NCBI GenBank assembly: GCA_015232535.1
Contig: JADFZM010000001.1
Coordinates: forward strand, 35,263 to 99,262
Direction: 5' to 3'
Origin: Candidatus Omnitrophota bacterium
GTDB taxonomy: Bacteria > Omnitrophota > Gorgyraeia > Zapsychrales > Zapsychraceae
Length of the DNA: 64,000 nucleotides
The position numbers were made by a program, and so were the translations under genes. The notes beneath the pieces were generated by a model. The model had not been told where the DNA came from, ran no database searches, and saw only the letters and a program-made list of their open reading frames with translations. This document shows positions 44,994 through 56,896 of this stretch, piece after piece; the stretch's first letter is position 1, and the number at the start of each line of letters is the position of its first letter.

Positions 44994-47666
44994 CTAAACT
45001 GCTGAACCCAATAATCCCTTCCTTATCATCCACTTAACAATTTCCAATACAGGGATAACGGTAATCGAGACTGCCACAACAATCACCCAGTCCAACAAAG
45101 GAAGGCTGAATGTTCCGAAAGGCTTATGCAAAAAGGGAAGATAAACGATCAGTATTAACAGGATCAGCTCCCAAAGAACCGACATGTTAAGCCATTTATT
45201 GGCAAATGGCCGGCGCATTATGGATTGCCGGTCTGAACGGTAGTTGTAAGCCTTAAAAAATTGAATCAGGACCAAAGAAACAAATGTCATAGTCATTGCT
45301 TCTTTTAATGACATCCCTGATTTCAGAGCCCAGGCAAATATCCCTATGTTGACTAGCGTTGACCAAATCCCACCGACGATCATCAAGATAACCACAGGCC
45401 GCGTGAATATGCCTGAGCTTTGATGGCGCGGCTTGCGGCGCATCAAATCCGCCTCCGGCGGATCGACGGCGAGTGCCAAAGCGGGAAGGCCGTCTGTTGC
45501 CAAGTTAACGTATAAAATCTGCACCGCGGTTAAAGGAATAGGCATTCCCAATAAAGTTGCCCCGGCCATTAAACCAATCTCACCGATATTCGAAGAAATA
45601 AGATACATCAGATATTTCTTAATATTCCCAAAAATGTGCCGGCCCTCTTCTACCGCGGCCACAATAGAAGCGAAATTATCATCCGTAAGGGTCATGGCCG
45701 CGACTTCTTTGGTGACATCAGTGCCAGTGATGCCCATGGCGATCCCGACATCAGCCTTTTTTAAAGCAGGAGCGTCATTTACCCCGTCTCCCGTCATCGC
45801 AACAACATGGCCGCGTTTCTGAAACGCCGCGACCACGCGTAATTTATGCGCGGGCGAAACACGGGCATAGACATCAATCCCTTCTATATCGCGCTCTAAA
45901 TCCGCGTCCGAGATACGATCCAACTCAATACCCGTAACTACTCGGCCTTTCTGTAAAATACCCAATTCACGGGCAATGGCCTGAGCGGTTAATGGATGAT
46001 CCCCGGTTATCATAACCGGCTTAATACCGGAATCCCGGCAGTTCTGTACGGCAACCTTGGCCTCGGGCCTGGGAGGATCTATCATTCCGACAAAACCAAG
46101 AAAAATCATATTTTTTTCTGCGTCCTCAATTTTGGTATTCGGCTTGTATGCTACAGCCAAGACGCGCAGGGCTTGTTTAGCCATTTCCGCGGAGGCATTT
46201 AAAAACTCACTTTTCAAGCGCGCATCCAAAAGTTCAGCCTTACCCTCCCTTAGATAAAGGCCGCAATTGTTAAGTATAACTTCATCTGCCCCTTTTGAAT
46301 AAGCCACCTGCGCTCCTTTTTCCTCGCACAAGGTAGTCATTCTCTTACTTTCAGAGCTAAAAGGGATTTCATTTATCCGTGGATTATCTTTTTCCAAAGA
46401 TGTCTTATCTAGTCCGGCCTTTGCCGCGGCAACAATTAGCGCCCCTTCGGTAGGATCCCCTTTAATGTCCCAACGGCCTTCTTCTTTAATTAAGCGAGCA
46501 TCGGATGCAAGCGTTGCAGCTCGCAATAAAGCGGCTAAGTCCTCAGTGGGTTTAACGGGAGCTCCTTTTATCGAAAAACCGCCGGCCGGGTCATAACCTG
46601 CACCATCAACATCGTAAAATTGCCCCGAAACAAATATCTTGCGTATGGTCATCTCATCTTTTGTCAAAGTTCCGGTTTTATCTGAACAAATAACAGAAGT
46701 ACATCCGAGCGTTTCCACTATCGGCAAACGGCGGATAAGGGCGTTTCGCTTAACCATCCTTTGAACACCGATTGCCAATGAAATAGTGACAACGGCCGGT
46801 AAGGCTTCCGGGACAACAGCAACCGCAAGAGCGATTCCAAAAATTACCATTTCTAGAAAAGGCTGCCCGCGGAAAACACCCAAGGCGACAATGATCACGA
46901 CAATAACTCCGGCGGCCTTGGCAAGATTCTTTCCAACATGGTCAAGATTTATTTGAAGAGGTGTTTTGGCTGTTTTAACTTCCTGAAGCATTCCGGTTAT
47001 CTTGCCGAATTCCGTATTCATACCGGTAGCAGTTACCATGGCCCGGCCTCGGCCGTAACTTACAATTGTTCCGGAATAAACCATATTATTACGGTCGCCC
47101 AAGCCCAAGTCCCCGGAGGTAAGGGCGTCTATTTTTTTCTCAACCGCAACAGATTCTCCGGTTAGAGCCGCCTCTTCAACCTGAAGATTAAAAGACTGAG
47201 CCACCCTAGAGTCGGCAGGAATTTTGTCTCCCGCTTTTATTAATATAATGTCTCCGGGAACAAGTTCTCTGGCTGGGATCTTTTCCTCCTCTTTGCCTCG
47301 AATAACGTTTGCTGTCGGGGCGGCCATTCTTTTTAAAGCTTCAATGGCACGCTCGGCGCGATACTCTTGAACAAAACTAAGAATGACCGCAAACAATACA
47401 ATAACCGCAATAGCGATAGATTCCACCGCATGCCCCAAGAACGCGGAAAGCAGTGTCGCCGATAATAGAATCTGTATCAAAATATTCTTAAACTGAGAAA
47501 AGAATAATACCCAGGGAGAAACACGCGCGGAGGCAGTCAATTCATTAGGCCCGTACAGGGCGAATCTATTCTGGGCTTCCGGCTTATCGATGCCGGTGTA
47601 AAGATCCGTCTTTAGCTCTATCGCAGCTTCTTGAAAAGATAATTGATAAAACTCTTTTTTTTCCAT
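44994..47666 (-). CDS. P-type ATPase, type IIA (Ca2+-type)
   Basis: LTGES, VPEALP, CSDKTGTLT, MIDPPR, TGDGVNDAPALK, VNLATDGLPA. Confidence 0.93.
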   Translation of the reverse strand: MEKKEFYQLSFQEAAIELKTDLYTGIDKPEAQNRFALYGPNELTASARVSPWVLFFSQFKNILIQILLSATLLSAFLGHAVESIAIAVIVLFAVILSFVQEYRAERAIEALKRMAAPTANVIRGKEEEKIPARELVPGDIILIKAGDKIPADSRVAQSFNLQVEEAALTGESVAVEKKIDALTSGDLGLGDRNNMVYSGTIVSYGRGRAMVTATGMNTEFGKITGMLQEVKTAKTPLQINLDHVGKNLAKAAGVIVVIIVALGVFRGQPFLEMVIFGIALAVAVVPEALPAVVTISLAIGVQRMVKRNALIRRLPIVETLGCTSVICSDKTGTLTKDEMTIRKIFVSGQFYDVDGAGYDPAGGFSIKGAPVKPTEDLAALLRAATLASDARLIKEEGRWDIKGDPTEGALIVAAAKAGLDKTSLEKDNPRINEIPFSSESKRMTTLCEEKGAQVAYSKGADEVILNNCGLYLREGKAELLDARLKSEFLNASAEMAKQALRVLAVAYKPNTKIEDAEKNMIFLGFVGMIDPPRPEAKVAVQNCRDSGIKPVMITGDHPLTAQAIARELGILQKGRVVTGIELDRISDADLERDIEGIDVYARVSPAHKLRVVAAFQKRGHVVAMTGDGVNDAPALKKADVGIAMGITGTDVTKEVAAMTLTDDNFASIVAAVEEGRHIFGNIKKYLMYLISSNIGEIGLMAGATLLGMPIPLTAVQILYVNLATDGLPALALAVDPPEADLMRRKPRHQSSGIFTRPVVILMIVGGIWSTLVNIGIFAWALKSGMSLKEAMTMTFVSLVLIQFFKAYNYRSDRQSIMRRPFANKWLNMSVLWELILLILIVYLPFLHKPFGTFSLPLLDWVIVVAVSITVIPVLEIVKWMIRKGLLGSAV

Positions 47667-47946
47667 TGGTTAACTCCTTGACCTGCCCGATTAATTGTGC
47701 CCCAAAACTTGTTAGCATTTAAGGTTATTCAGCCCAACTTAATTTAAACGTACCCTGAGCCGGGATCCTGTATCGAAGATAATTTTACGGCTTGATTTTT
47801 TCTCTTCTTTCCTCAAGCTTTCGACCAATAATTACGACTTTTATAATGTATCAAAAATTTTCCATTAAAGCAAATCATCTTAACCATAATTGAAGCCAAA
47901 ATATAGGTAAGAAAGTTTATTCCTATTCCAGGGGAAAATGGTGATA

Positions 47947-49917
47947 TCATTTATTAACAATCAAAATTATCGGCATATCAAAGGGGTTGTGGATTAAATC
48001 AACTATTTTTGATTCTAGCTTTGAAACATCCATGATCTGGTCCGCGAGATTATATAGGGTTTTACTGTTCACATCAATTATGTCCAGCAAAGATTTTTGA
48101 CGATCAGTAATATCCTCCTCTTGCAGAATGGAGCTAAAACCTTGAATGACATGCACCAGGGTCCTAAGATCAGGAGCAATGCTATTTAAAAAGTCGGATT
48201 TTGATTTGTTAGCTAATTCGGCAGAATCCTTGGCCTTCTCGAGAAGCTCCTCCACCGTTCTTCTTTCAGTTGCGTCTCGGAAAATACCGACAGCGCATTC
48301 CACTCCTTTCACTGTCATATTTGTGGATGACACATCAGCATAGAATTGAGTGCGGTCCTTGCGCAACATAGGGATATTTAAAACAACCTTCCCGGGAGCT
48401 TTGACACAATTCTCGAAATGAAGCTTTACTAGAGGCAGGTCGGCCGAAGGATGTATGTCTTTAAAAGAAAGGCTCGCGAGTTCTTATTCGGAATAACCCA
48501 GCATCTTCTGAGCTCGAGGGTTTGATAACACAATGCGCTTTGTCTTTATACATGTCCCAATGATGCCATCCATGATAGTATTAAATAAACTGCGGAACTT
48601 TTCTTCGCTTTCCATCAGTGCGTCCTCTGCCTTCTTGCGCTCGGTGATATCCCGGGAAATACCAAGAATCCCGAATATTTTTTTGTTTTGATCATAAGAG
48701 GTATCTTGAAAGTGTCAAAAATTAGCGCTCCCTTTCGGCTATTAGCCGGATCGTAAGTATTATGAACAACCTTTCCGCTTAAAGCTTCTTTGTCATCATT
48801 TTCAAACCCGCGGATTCCTTTTTGGGGATTTCCTCTTACTAGCTCAGGATCCCATCCGTTTTCAATATCCGTATGCCCGATCATTTCCTCCGGCTTCTTG
48901 CCTACAGCGGCGGCATAAGATATATTGCAAATTAAGGTGCGCAAAGAGGTGTCTTTAACAAAAATAAAATCGGGCGAAGAATTTATAATATTTCCCAGTA
49001 ATTCCTTTTGACGCTTTAATTCTTCTTCTATTTTTTTACAATCGGATATTTCTTGGCATAATTTTTCGTTGTCTCTAGACAAAGTTTTGGTTCTTTCCAT
49101 CACAAGGGCATCGAGAGCCTCTTTGAATGTCACTCCCAATTCAGCTTTCTTCCTCCAAAAACTTAAAACGCCTATTAGTAGAAAGGCCCCGCCGACATAT
49201 TGAGAAGCCCTGCCTGCCCATCCTATAGGAGTGCCTACGGCCTTCTGCAGAAACACGCCGGATAATCCTATTGCAAAAAGCGCCAGCCCGGTTGAGTAAA
49301 GCCTAATGACAAGAGTTCCTTTATCGGTAAAATACCTTATGTTAAAAAATGAACACACTTCAATCAATATTATTGCCATACCCAATACCGCTCGCCCTAT
49401 AGGTGTAGGCCCTATACCTTGGATTATAAACGGAGGCGTAATCCCTGCACATGCGGCGTAAATAATAAGCGCGGCAAATGCGGCAACAGCCAGATAGGCG
49501 GTCATCAATAATGGAAGGCGTTTCTTGACCGCTGTCGCTTCGTAAGAGATAAAATATTTTGAAAAACCTGTAATGTGAAAAATGGCGTTAAGCAGTATCC
49601 CGCTATTATATATCGTTATCACTTTGTTCGGCCCATTTGGCATTTCAATGAACCTTCCGTTAAGCGTTGCTCCGAGCCCGAGGGCTTCCATGCCGCAGCC
49701 AAACAGAAGAAAATACAATTTCCCGGTCGAAAGAAAATTCCGTGAAAGAGTATAAGCGGCTAATAGCGGGATTAAACCGAGAAAAACGGTATTACAAAAT
49801 TGGAGCAAATGCGGAGATTAATAAACAGTGCGGATATCAACAAAAAAAAAGGGTTCCTATGAGAGTTATGAAGAACGAAATTATTATTGACGATAAATGG
49901 CTATGGCTTATTTTCAA
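47947..49917 (-). pseudogene. Disrupted membrane sensor / PAS / histidine kinase
   Basis: Pieces 48615..49808 (multi-TM plus PAS) and 47947..48369 (PAS plus degenerate HisKA, no HATPase); frameshift and stop near the 5' end (poly-T run at 49842-49850). Confidence 0.75.
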
Positions 49918-50091
49918 TTAAAAGTTCCTTTAGTAGGCTCGCCGGCCTGAGCATTATCCAAGGGCTCGCGTTCGGGACAATAACAAATATTTATTGCGTA
50001 CTATTCTAATCTGGCATAACAGCAATTATTCCATTATTTTCATAAAATAAATTATCCTGGCAAGAAAATAACAAAGATCATTTGCTTCGAG

Positions 50092-50424
50092 CTAGCGATT
50101 TATGCGCGAGGCGTATGTAAAAGGTAAGAAGTATTTCCGCCAAGAACTTTCGGATGATAAAAATTCGTTTTCGCCGTAGAAATAATCGACTAGCGCTTCT
50201 CTTAAACGGGCGATTTCCCTGAGGCGAGAATATCTTTTTTCATTCTCCAGAGTGAGATCAATTAATTCAAGTGAACGTTCAAATGCCATCATGGAATATT
50301 CCTTGTTCTTTTTTGACTGCCAATTAAGGGCCCGCTCCACCTCGCCTCCTATATTTGCCATTTGCTCGACGAAAGACAACTTGCTCCATCGGCCCTCGGC
50401 AAGCCCTTTATGCTGATAGCTCAT
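50092..50424 (-). CDS. Conserved hypothetical helical protein
   Basis: RWSKLSFVEQMANIGGEVER; ATGA-coupled to the upstream gene. Confidence 0.7.
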   Translation of the reverse strand: MSYQHKGLAEGRWSKLSFVEQMANIGGEVERALNWQSKKNKEYSMMAFERSLELIDLTLENEKRYSRLREIARLREALVDYFYGENEFLSSESSWRKYFLPFTYASRINR

Positions 50425-50762
50425 CGCGTAATCCTTTTTGCGACTATTGCGGCAACTTTCTTTCGGATCCCTTCGCTTTCAATCCCTCGGGTTCTATTCC
50501 CCTGGGACGGCCGCATATTAATCATGGAGTCAAATTCGATAAAATCCTTATCCTGCATTTCCGGGTAAAGGTTAATACCCCAGAGGCTATTCTGTTTAGA
50601 GCCTTTATCCAGAAGTAAAGACTCTAAATCGGAGTGAAGTTCGGCATCAATTGCTAGAACCTCTTCATCGATATCGACAACCGCCTTAACTAAATTGCCG
50701 AAGGTGGCTGTTGCTATTGTTTTGATTTCCTCAAGCTTTACATTATCTGTTATTAATTTCAT
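50421..50762 (-). CDS. DUF5674-like protein
   Basis: VKAVVDI, ELHSDLE, LWGINLYP, IEFDSMIN.RP. Confidence 0.7.
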   Translation of the reverse strand: MKLITDNVKLEEIKTIATATFGNLVKAVVDIDEEVLAIDAELHSDLESLLLDKGSKQNSLWGINLYPEMQDKDFIEFDSMINMRPSQGNRTRGIESEGIRKKVAAIVAKRITR

Positions 50763-50848
50763 GACCGGGGCCCACTCCTAATGATCTTTCAATTATAATA
50801 GACAATGACAGATTTCCCAATAATAATTTTGCAATGTGATAATTTTTA

Positions 50849-51260
50849 TTAATCTATAACAAACCATAAAGTTAAAAAATAAAAAATTGTCGCGAGAAAA
50901 ACAGCTAAGATAATACTTCCGACAAACAAGGAGTAATAAAAATTGAGCATATTTTTAAATGTAATCCCCTTTAAAGCAGATACGCTAAAAGGCGGATATT
51001 GCTCTCCTAAAATCAGCCTCCCTAAACTATACCCCGCCCAGGTAATAAACGGGAGTTGTCGGCAGAGAAACATTAGTTCCGGTCAAAATAGCAGTCTTGT
51101 TGGCGCGTGGAATTAATGAAGCAGAAATCACACAAAGAAGTGTATGCAATCCATATAATGGCATAACGGCAATAATCACGCCGATAGAAATCCCAAAAGC
51201 TGTTTCTTGCGGTGTATTATTAAGTTTCAACAAACTACTTAATAACTCCTTTTTTTTGCT
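50849..51260 (-). pseudogene. Frameshifted DUF2062-like membrane protein
   Basis: TPQETAFGISIG..MPLYGLHT in one frame; the C-terminal TM continues in another frame. Confidence 0.65.
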
Positions 51261-51299
51261 TTAGAAATCAATTGCTTCTCCCGCCAACAGGTCAAGTTG

Positions 51300-52017
51300 T
51301 TACCTATTCACCCCTACACTATTGTTCCAAACTTGGCACCCACGACTGCTGTCAACCCCATAGCAAACGCACCCGAAAAAAGTAACACGAATAGCTGCTC
51401 TCATCATAGGCGCTCCTCCGGCGAATGCTCCCAATGCGCCCAACCCCGCGAGAAAGAAAAGCGCGGTTCCAAAAATAATTGTGGTCAATCTCGTTTCCGT
51501 GGATACTAGCACAATGAGAAGAGGCATAGCTGCTCCGACAGTAAAAGTTGCTGCCGATGCCAACGCGGCTTGTACCGGGCGAGTACTGGAATGAGAATAA
51601 ATGCCGAGTTCATCACGAGCGTGCGCCGTCAACGCGTCATGGGCCATCAATTGCTCGGCGATCTGTTTAGCGAGTAGCGGGTCAAGGCGCCTGCCCACGT
51701 AGATTGACGACAGCTCCTGATGTTCGCTCTCATCGTATCCATCAAGTTCCTTACGCTCGCGCGCTAGATCTGCTCACTCAGTATCGAATTGTGAACTCAC
51801 CGATACGTACTCACCGGCCGCCATGGACATCGCCCCTGCGACCAAACCGGCGACGCCAGCAACTAATACCGAGCCTCGAGACGCATTAGCCGCAGCAACT
51901 CCAACAACAAGGCTTACTGTCGAAAATCCCGTCGTTAGCACCCAAAACTGTGGCACGTAGCCAACCAATTCGATTCGTACGATGATGTTCTCTCTGACGA
52001 CTTGTGGCCAAGCCCAT
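51300..52017 (-). pseudogene. VIT1/CCC1 Fe/Mn transporter, multiply frameshifted
   Basis: [14 protein letters not shown] (from ATG 52017), [17 protein letters not shown] and AHARDELGI..RPVQAA lie in separate ORF fragments. Confidence 0.85.
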
Positions 52018-52041
52018 TATTTCTCCCTAGAGAGGATTAAA

Positions 52042-52281
52042 TTATTGAACGGCACGCCTTACAGAATCCGCTACATCACGACCGGCATCTCTAATATCAT
52101 CTCCTACTGTCCTCCTAAAGAGCGGCCGTTGTCCGGCGATAGCCCAAATAAGGAAAGCCACCAGCAAAACTGTCAAAATACCCGTAGGCGCATACCCCCA
52201 CGACTTGCTGTACGGCCAGGAAGGCAAGGCCACAACTACCAAACCAATTATTATAAATAGTAATAAGGTTTCAGTAGACAT
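52042..52281 (-). CDS. DUF3309-like small membrane protein
   Basis: ALPSWPYSKSWGYAP; GGAGG RBS. Confidence 0.8.
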   Translation of the reverse strand: MSTETLLLFIIIGLVVVALPSWPYSKSWGYAPTGILTVLLVAFLIWAIAGQRPLFRRTVGDDIRDAGRDVADSVRRAVQ

Positions 52282-52418
52282 TTAGTTCCTCCTTTTTAAA
52301 AATGTTGGTTATTCTTTGGCAGACTACCCTTTCCAACGATAAATTTGATAAGCCAGAAGCGTAATAAAACAATCTTCCCTCGACAGCATCATTATCTTCA
52401 TTCCCCGTCGTGCCCTTG

Positions 52419-52886
52419 CTACTTTTTCTCTTCTGGCACTCCGGCTGGCGTGGTATTCTGCGAAGTATTATTTCCGATCATGCCAGCCCCCATCATTCCG
52501 CCTTTCATCATGGGACAATTTTTCATCATTTCTGCCATATCCTTCTTCATCGCTTCCATATCGACCTTGATCTCCACTTCCTTCACCGGATTAAGATCTT
52601 TATCGTATTTGATAACTTTATTGCCAGCTAAAACAATCACTCCGCCATCTGCGGTGGCGATTATTGATTTTTCCATCATTCCCTTCATCATCATGCCATG
52701 CATGGGGCACTTCTCAATCATTTCTCCCTTAGCCATCATATCGCTTTTCATCATGTGTTTTCTCATCGTGTGATCATTGCCCATCATTCCAGGCCTTCCT
52801 TGTGCGAAAGATATGGAACTTAACCCTGCCACAAACAAAACTACTGCGATTAAAGTTACTAACCTTTTTCTCATGTCTTCCCCCAT
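52419..52886 (-). CDS. Exported Met-rich protein
   Basis: Signal peptide, GMM repeats, CPMH and CPMM. Confidence 0.75.
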   Translation of the reverse strand: MGEDMRKRLVTLIAVVLFVAGLSSISFAQGRPGMMGNDHTMRKHMMKSDMMAKGEMIEKCPMHGMMMKGMMEKSIIATADGGVIVLAGNKVIKYDKDLNPVKEVEIKVDMEAMKKDMAEMMKNCPMMKGGMMGAGMIGNNTSQNTTPAGVPEEKK

Positions 52887-53102
52887 TTTTAAAACTCGTT
52901 ATTATTTAAGCGCGATACTACTCTTAAAGCAAAAACCTTCAATACGAAAGTATTTTGAGCAGAAAAAGTTGGGTAGTTTATTGTCTTGCCCGGGACAATA
53001 GACAACAGCCTTCTTTGCAATGGGCTGCGGGCCTAATCATCCGGCAAATATCGTTCCTTGCCATTTTGATCCTCCTTTTTTATTCACTAGAATTTAAAAT
53101 AA

Positions 53103-53288
53103 TTACTCGACAGTAATCGCTCCTGCCGGGCAGGCGTCTGACGCGGTTTTACATTTATCTTCTAAGTCTTTTGGAATTTCTGTAACATGAACCGCCGCTT
53201 TGTCGCCCTCCATTTTAAAAACTTCAGGACAAGCATTCACACAATCTTGACTGCCCACACAAGCATCTTGATTAACTTTGGCTTTCAT
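53103..53288 (-). CDS. Single-cluster ferredoxin, likely [3Fe-4S]
   Basis: CVGSQDCVNACPEVF..ACPAGAI; second cluster Cys replaced by Ser. Confidence 0.85.
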   Translation of the reverse strand: MKAKVNQDACVGSQDCVNACPEVFKMEGDKAAVHVTEIPKDLEDKCKTASDACPAGAITVE

Positions 53289-53468
53289 CTTTATCTCCTC
53301 TCTTATTAAATCTTTGAACTATGTCATCGGCCGAGATTATCGGCCGCAAAGTTCCAATTGATCAGTTTATCTAGCGCAGCATTAATGTAATCTGCCCGGC
53401 GGTTCTGATTGAATACGACTATTGCGATCATTACGTTTATTAAAGAAATCATTTTAATCATCTTTGAT

Positions 53469-53678
53469 TTATTTCTGGTGTCGGGGGTTGTTATTCTTAA
53501 TCGGGGCATTGACTGTCTTTTCGGCCATCAGCCAATAATCCTGATCGCGACCCGGCTTGCAACCGTCATGTTTCCATAATTCATAAGCTTTTTTTTGAAT
53601 ACACTCCTGGACATCTCCCCTGTAACAATTATGTTCACCCATTATATTCCCCTCCTTTATTAGTTTTCCCATCGTCAC
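53469..53678 (-). CDS. DUF2934-like protein
   Basis: [22 protein letters not shown]. Confidence 0.7.
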   Translation of the reverse strand: MTMGKLIKEGNIMGEHNCYRGDVQECIQKKAYELWKHDGCKPGRDQDYWLMAEKTVNAPIKNNNPRHQK

Positions 53679-54118
53679 TTGCCGAGCAATACAGATAACT
53701 CCGCTATATGCTGTTGCTCTTCAATGATGATATGGCGAATCTCATGCTCCAGAGTTTCGTAGACATACGGCAGTTTCTCTTTATTCTCAATGACCATCTT
53801 GTAAATGGTTTTATAAAAATCGACCGCTTCTTTCTCTCCGGTCAAATTGACCGTTAGGATTTCCGTCGTTTTCTTGGCTCTATGCGTTTTAGCGATCCCC
53901 ATCGACGGCTCTCCATCGAGATAATTGCCGATCAGGTCCCTAAATTTATCTTCGTGCTTCGCTTCATCTGACGCGATTTCTTTCACGCGCGCAATGATTG
54001 GTTCAGCATCGATTCCTTTGATCAGTTCCGCATGAGCAAGGTATTGGATCCTCGCCGCATGCTCCAACTCCAAAGCCTGATTCAGCAGGACGATTAATTC
54101 ATTTCTGATCTTTGGTAT
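53675..54118 (-). CDS. Ferritin-like (bacterioferritin-type) diiron protein, apparent ATA start
   Basis: LLNQALELEHAARIQY, DEAKH, GEKEA, EEQQH; in-frame ATA at 54118, 6 nt after AAGGAG. Confidence 0.75.
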   Translation of the reverse strand: MPKIRNELIVLLNQALELEHAARIQYLAHAELIKGIDAEPIIARVKEIASDEAKHEDKFRDLIGNYLDGEPSMGIAKTHRAKKTTEILTVNLTGEKEAVDFYKTIYKMVIENKEKLPYVYETLEHEIRHIIIEEQQHIAELSVLLGK

Positions 54119-54214
54119 TGTGTTCTCCTTGTTGATATTTGGTTATTTTTCTTCACCGCTTCTTAAATTACGTTTAATGGGATTAACTTGAATTACAAAA
54201 CCTGCCGCCTTGTT

Positions 54215-56152
54215 TTATTTCTTCGTAACATCCTCTGCTGTAAATTCAGCGTCAATGATGTCGTCTTTATTATCTTGCCTATTTTCCTGTTTCTCAAAAT
54301 GATCCGGTCTGTGCGGTTCGGCTCTAGGACCAGCACCGGTCGGATTCGCACCAGGAGCTCCTTGCTGTTGCCCAGATGTTGCCTTATAAACTTCTTCGGC
54401 CAATTGATGTGCTGTTTTTTGTAAAGATTCCATGCCGCGCTTTATTTTATCCGCATCTTTATTTTTGATGGCGTCTTTGAGGCTATTCAATTCTTGCTCA
54501 ATGTTCCCCCGGTCAGCACTGGATACTTTATCCCCATACTCCATTAGCGCTTTTTCCGTTGAGTACACAAGGACATTCGCATGATTACCGAGTTCAACTT
54601 CTTCTTTCTTCTTTCGATCGGCGTCTGCGTATTTTTCCGCTTCTCTGACCATCTTTTCGATCTCATCTTTCGACAACTTTGTCGGAGCCGTGATCTTGAT
54701 CGACTGTTCCTTGCCTGTTCCCCTATCCTGAGCTGTGACATGCACGATACCGTTGGTGTCGATATCAAAAGTAACCTCGATCTGCGGAACACCCCGTGGT
54801 GCCGGTGGAATTCCGATTAAATCAAATCGTCCTAATTCGGTATTATCATTGGCCATCTGGCGTTCGCCTTGCAAAACCCGAATCGTAACTGCCGGCTGAT
54901 TATCATCGGCGGTGGAATAAATTTGGCTTTTTTTGGTTGGGATGGTCGTGTTTCGGTCGATCAATTTGGTAAAAACTCCGCCTAAAGTCTCAATACCTAA
55001 AGACAATGGCGTCACGTCTAATAACAGAACTTCTTTGGCCTCCCCGCGAATGATCCCGGCCTGAATAGCGGCACCCAACGCCACGCATTCCATGGGATCA
55101 ATACCACGCTCGATTTTTTGGCCAACCTCTTTTTCTAAAAACTGTTGAGTGATGGGCATGCGGGTGGGACCACCAACGAGAATGACGCGATCAATCTTAA
55201 CGGCCGCACCTAATTTATCGCTTGCGTCCTTGATGGCTTGACGCACCGGGGCGCGGCAACGGTCAATAATAGGACCGACCAAACTTTCCAATTTCGCACG
55301 GTCAATGGTCAAGGTCAAATGCTTGGGTCCGCTCGCATCTGCGGTAATGAACGGCAGGTTAATATCGGTCGAAAGAGTGCTCGAAAGCTCAACTTTGGCT
55401 TTTTCCGCAGCTTCGCGTAAACGCTGAAAGGCCATTTTGTCATTCTTAAGATCAATCCCGCTTTCTTTCTTGAATTCATTAGTAATATAGTCGATGAGAA
55501 CATTGTCCATATCGGTACCGCCAAGCTGGTTATCGCCGCTCGTGGCTAAGACTTCGAACGTACCTGCCTTATGCTCTATGTCCCATCCCATTTCAAGAAT
55601 AGTGACGTCCAGTGTGCCTCCGCCAAAATCAAAAACCATTATTTTTTGTTCCTTACCTGCTTTATCCATTCCGTAAGCCAAACAAGCTGCAGTCGGTTCA
55701 TTGATGATGCGTAAAACTTTTAACCCCGCAATCTCACCGGCGTCTTTGGTCGCCTGGCGCTGGTTGTCGTTAAAATACGCCGGCACCGTGATCACTGCTT
55801 CGTCAATCGGCTCACCGAGATATTTTTCAGCGTCAGTTTTAATTTTTTGCAGAATAAATGAACTGATCTGTTGCGGTGTGAATTCCTTACCCATAGCCTT
55901 GAACTTAAAATCCGTTCCCATTTTTCGTTTGGCAGCATAAATCGTGCCTTCGGAGTTTATCGGCGCTTGACGGCGGGCCGGCTCCCCGACTAAACGTTGT
56001 CCATCTTTAGTGAATGCCACAAATGACGGGAATGCTTTGCCCGAAGCAACCCCCGCACCTTCAGCAGACGGGATGATGACCGGTCGGCCGCCTTCCATAA
56101 CCGCAGCCGCGGAGTTGGAAGTTCCTAAATCAATTCCAATTGTTCTAGCCAT
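54215..56152 (-). CDS. dnaK: Hsp70 chaperone
   Basis: [61 protein letters not shown]. Confidence 0.97.
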   Translation of the reverse strand: MARTIGIDLGTSNSAAAVMEGGRPVIIPSAEGAGVASGKAFPSFVAFTKDGQRLVGEPARRQAPINSEGTIYAAKRKMGTDFKFKAMGKEFTPQQISSFILQKIKTDAEKYLGEPIDEAVITVPAYFNDNQRQATKDAGEIAGLKVLRIINEPTAACLAYGMDKAGKEQKIMVFDFGGGTLDVTILEMGWDIEHKAGTFEVLATSGDNQLGGTDMDNVLIDYITNEFKKESGIDLKNDKMAFQRLREAAEKAKVELSSTLSTDINLPFITADASGPKHLTLTIDRAKLESLVGPIIDRCRAPVRQAIKDASDKLGAAVKIDRVILVGGPTRMPITQQFLEKEVGQKIERGIDPMECVALGAAIQAGIIRGEAKEVLLLDVTPLSLGIETLGGVFTKLIDRNTTIPTKKSQIYSTADDNQPAVTIRVLQGERQMANDNTELGRFDLIGIPPAPRGVPQIEVTFDIDTNGIVHVTAQDRGTGKEQSIKITAPTKLSKDEIEKMVREAEKYADADRKKKEEVELGNHANVLVYSTEKALMEYGDKVSSADRGNIEQELNSLKDAIKNKDADKIKRGMESLQKTAHQLAEEVYKATSGQQQGAPGANPTGAGPRAEPHRPDHFEKQENRQDNKDDIIDAEFTAEDVTKK

Positions 56153-56178
56153 ATGTATATCCTTTTGTTTTACAAATA

Positions 56179-56641
56179 CTATTTATTTAATAAAACGATA
56201 CGAGCATCTTGTATCCCTGGTAAAACCTGTGCAAAGTGCGCCAGCATGTCATCCGAAGATTTCAATTTAGAAACCGTCATGTTGCCCTGGTATAATTTCG
56301 CATCATATCCGGTTTACTTTTTAACAATTTGTTCTATGCTTGCCATGCTGCTATTCTTGGGATCAAATTTGACCTCTCGAATATTTTTCTTAATATCCAA
56401 AGAGCTCCGTGATGTCCCAGGGAGATAAATCGTTCCGTTATTGAAATCAACAGCATAGGCAATGATGCCAGCGATAAGGAAGAATAATAATCCGATCCCA
56501 TCCAGCACAGCAACTCCGGCATCAATTTTACCGCTTTTTTGCCATTTCCGTTCAGGGTACATAATGGTCCCACAACCCGCTAATTGAAAAACTAAAACAG
56601 CACAGACGAGCACATAAAATGTCTTACCTGTTTTTTAGCAT
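56179..56641 (-). pseudogene. Disrupted lipoprotein
   Basis: Lipobox LAGC; the RBS-linked ATG 56641 is out of frame by +1, and the frame continues 45 codons (including the final TAG) past an internal TAA at 56314. Confidence 0.65.
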
Positions 56642-56896
56642 ACTCCATCCTCCTTTTGTTTGTTCATTTCAGGCCTTGCGGCCCATATCTATATAGCGTA
56701 CAAACACAATCTATATAGCCACACCGGTTACAAGGACGCTCTTCGCCTTCATTCTCTATCTTTTGAAATGAATCGATATGGCTCTTTTCATTACTGAGAA
56801 TTAACTCAAGGAACTCCGCTATTTCTCCTCCCTCATATCTTTCGGAAATTTTCATACTCTCCGCTCCTTTTTTAATTTGGCAATAGCGTCTTCTCG

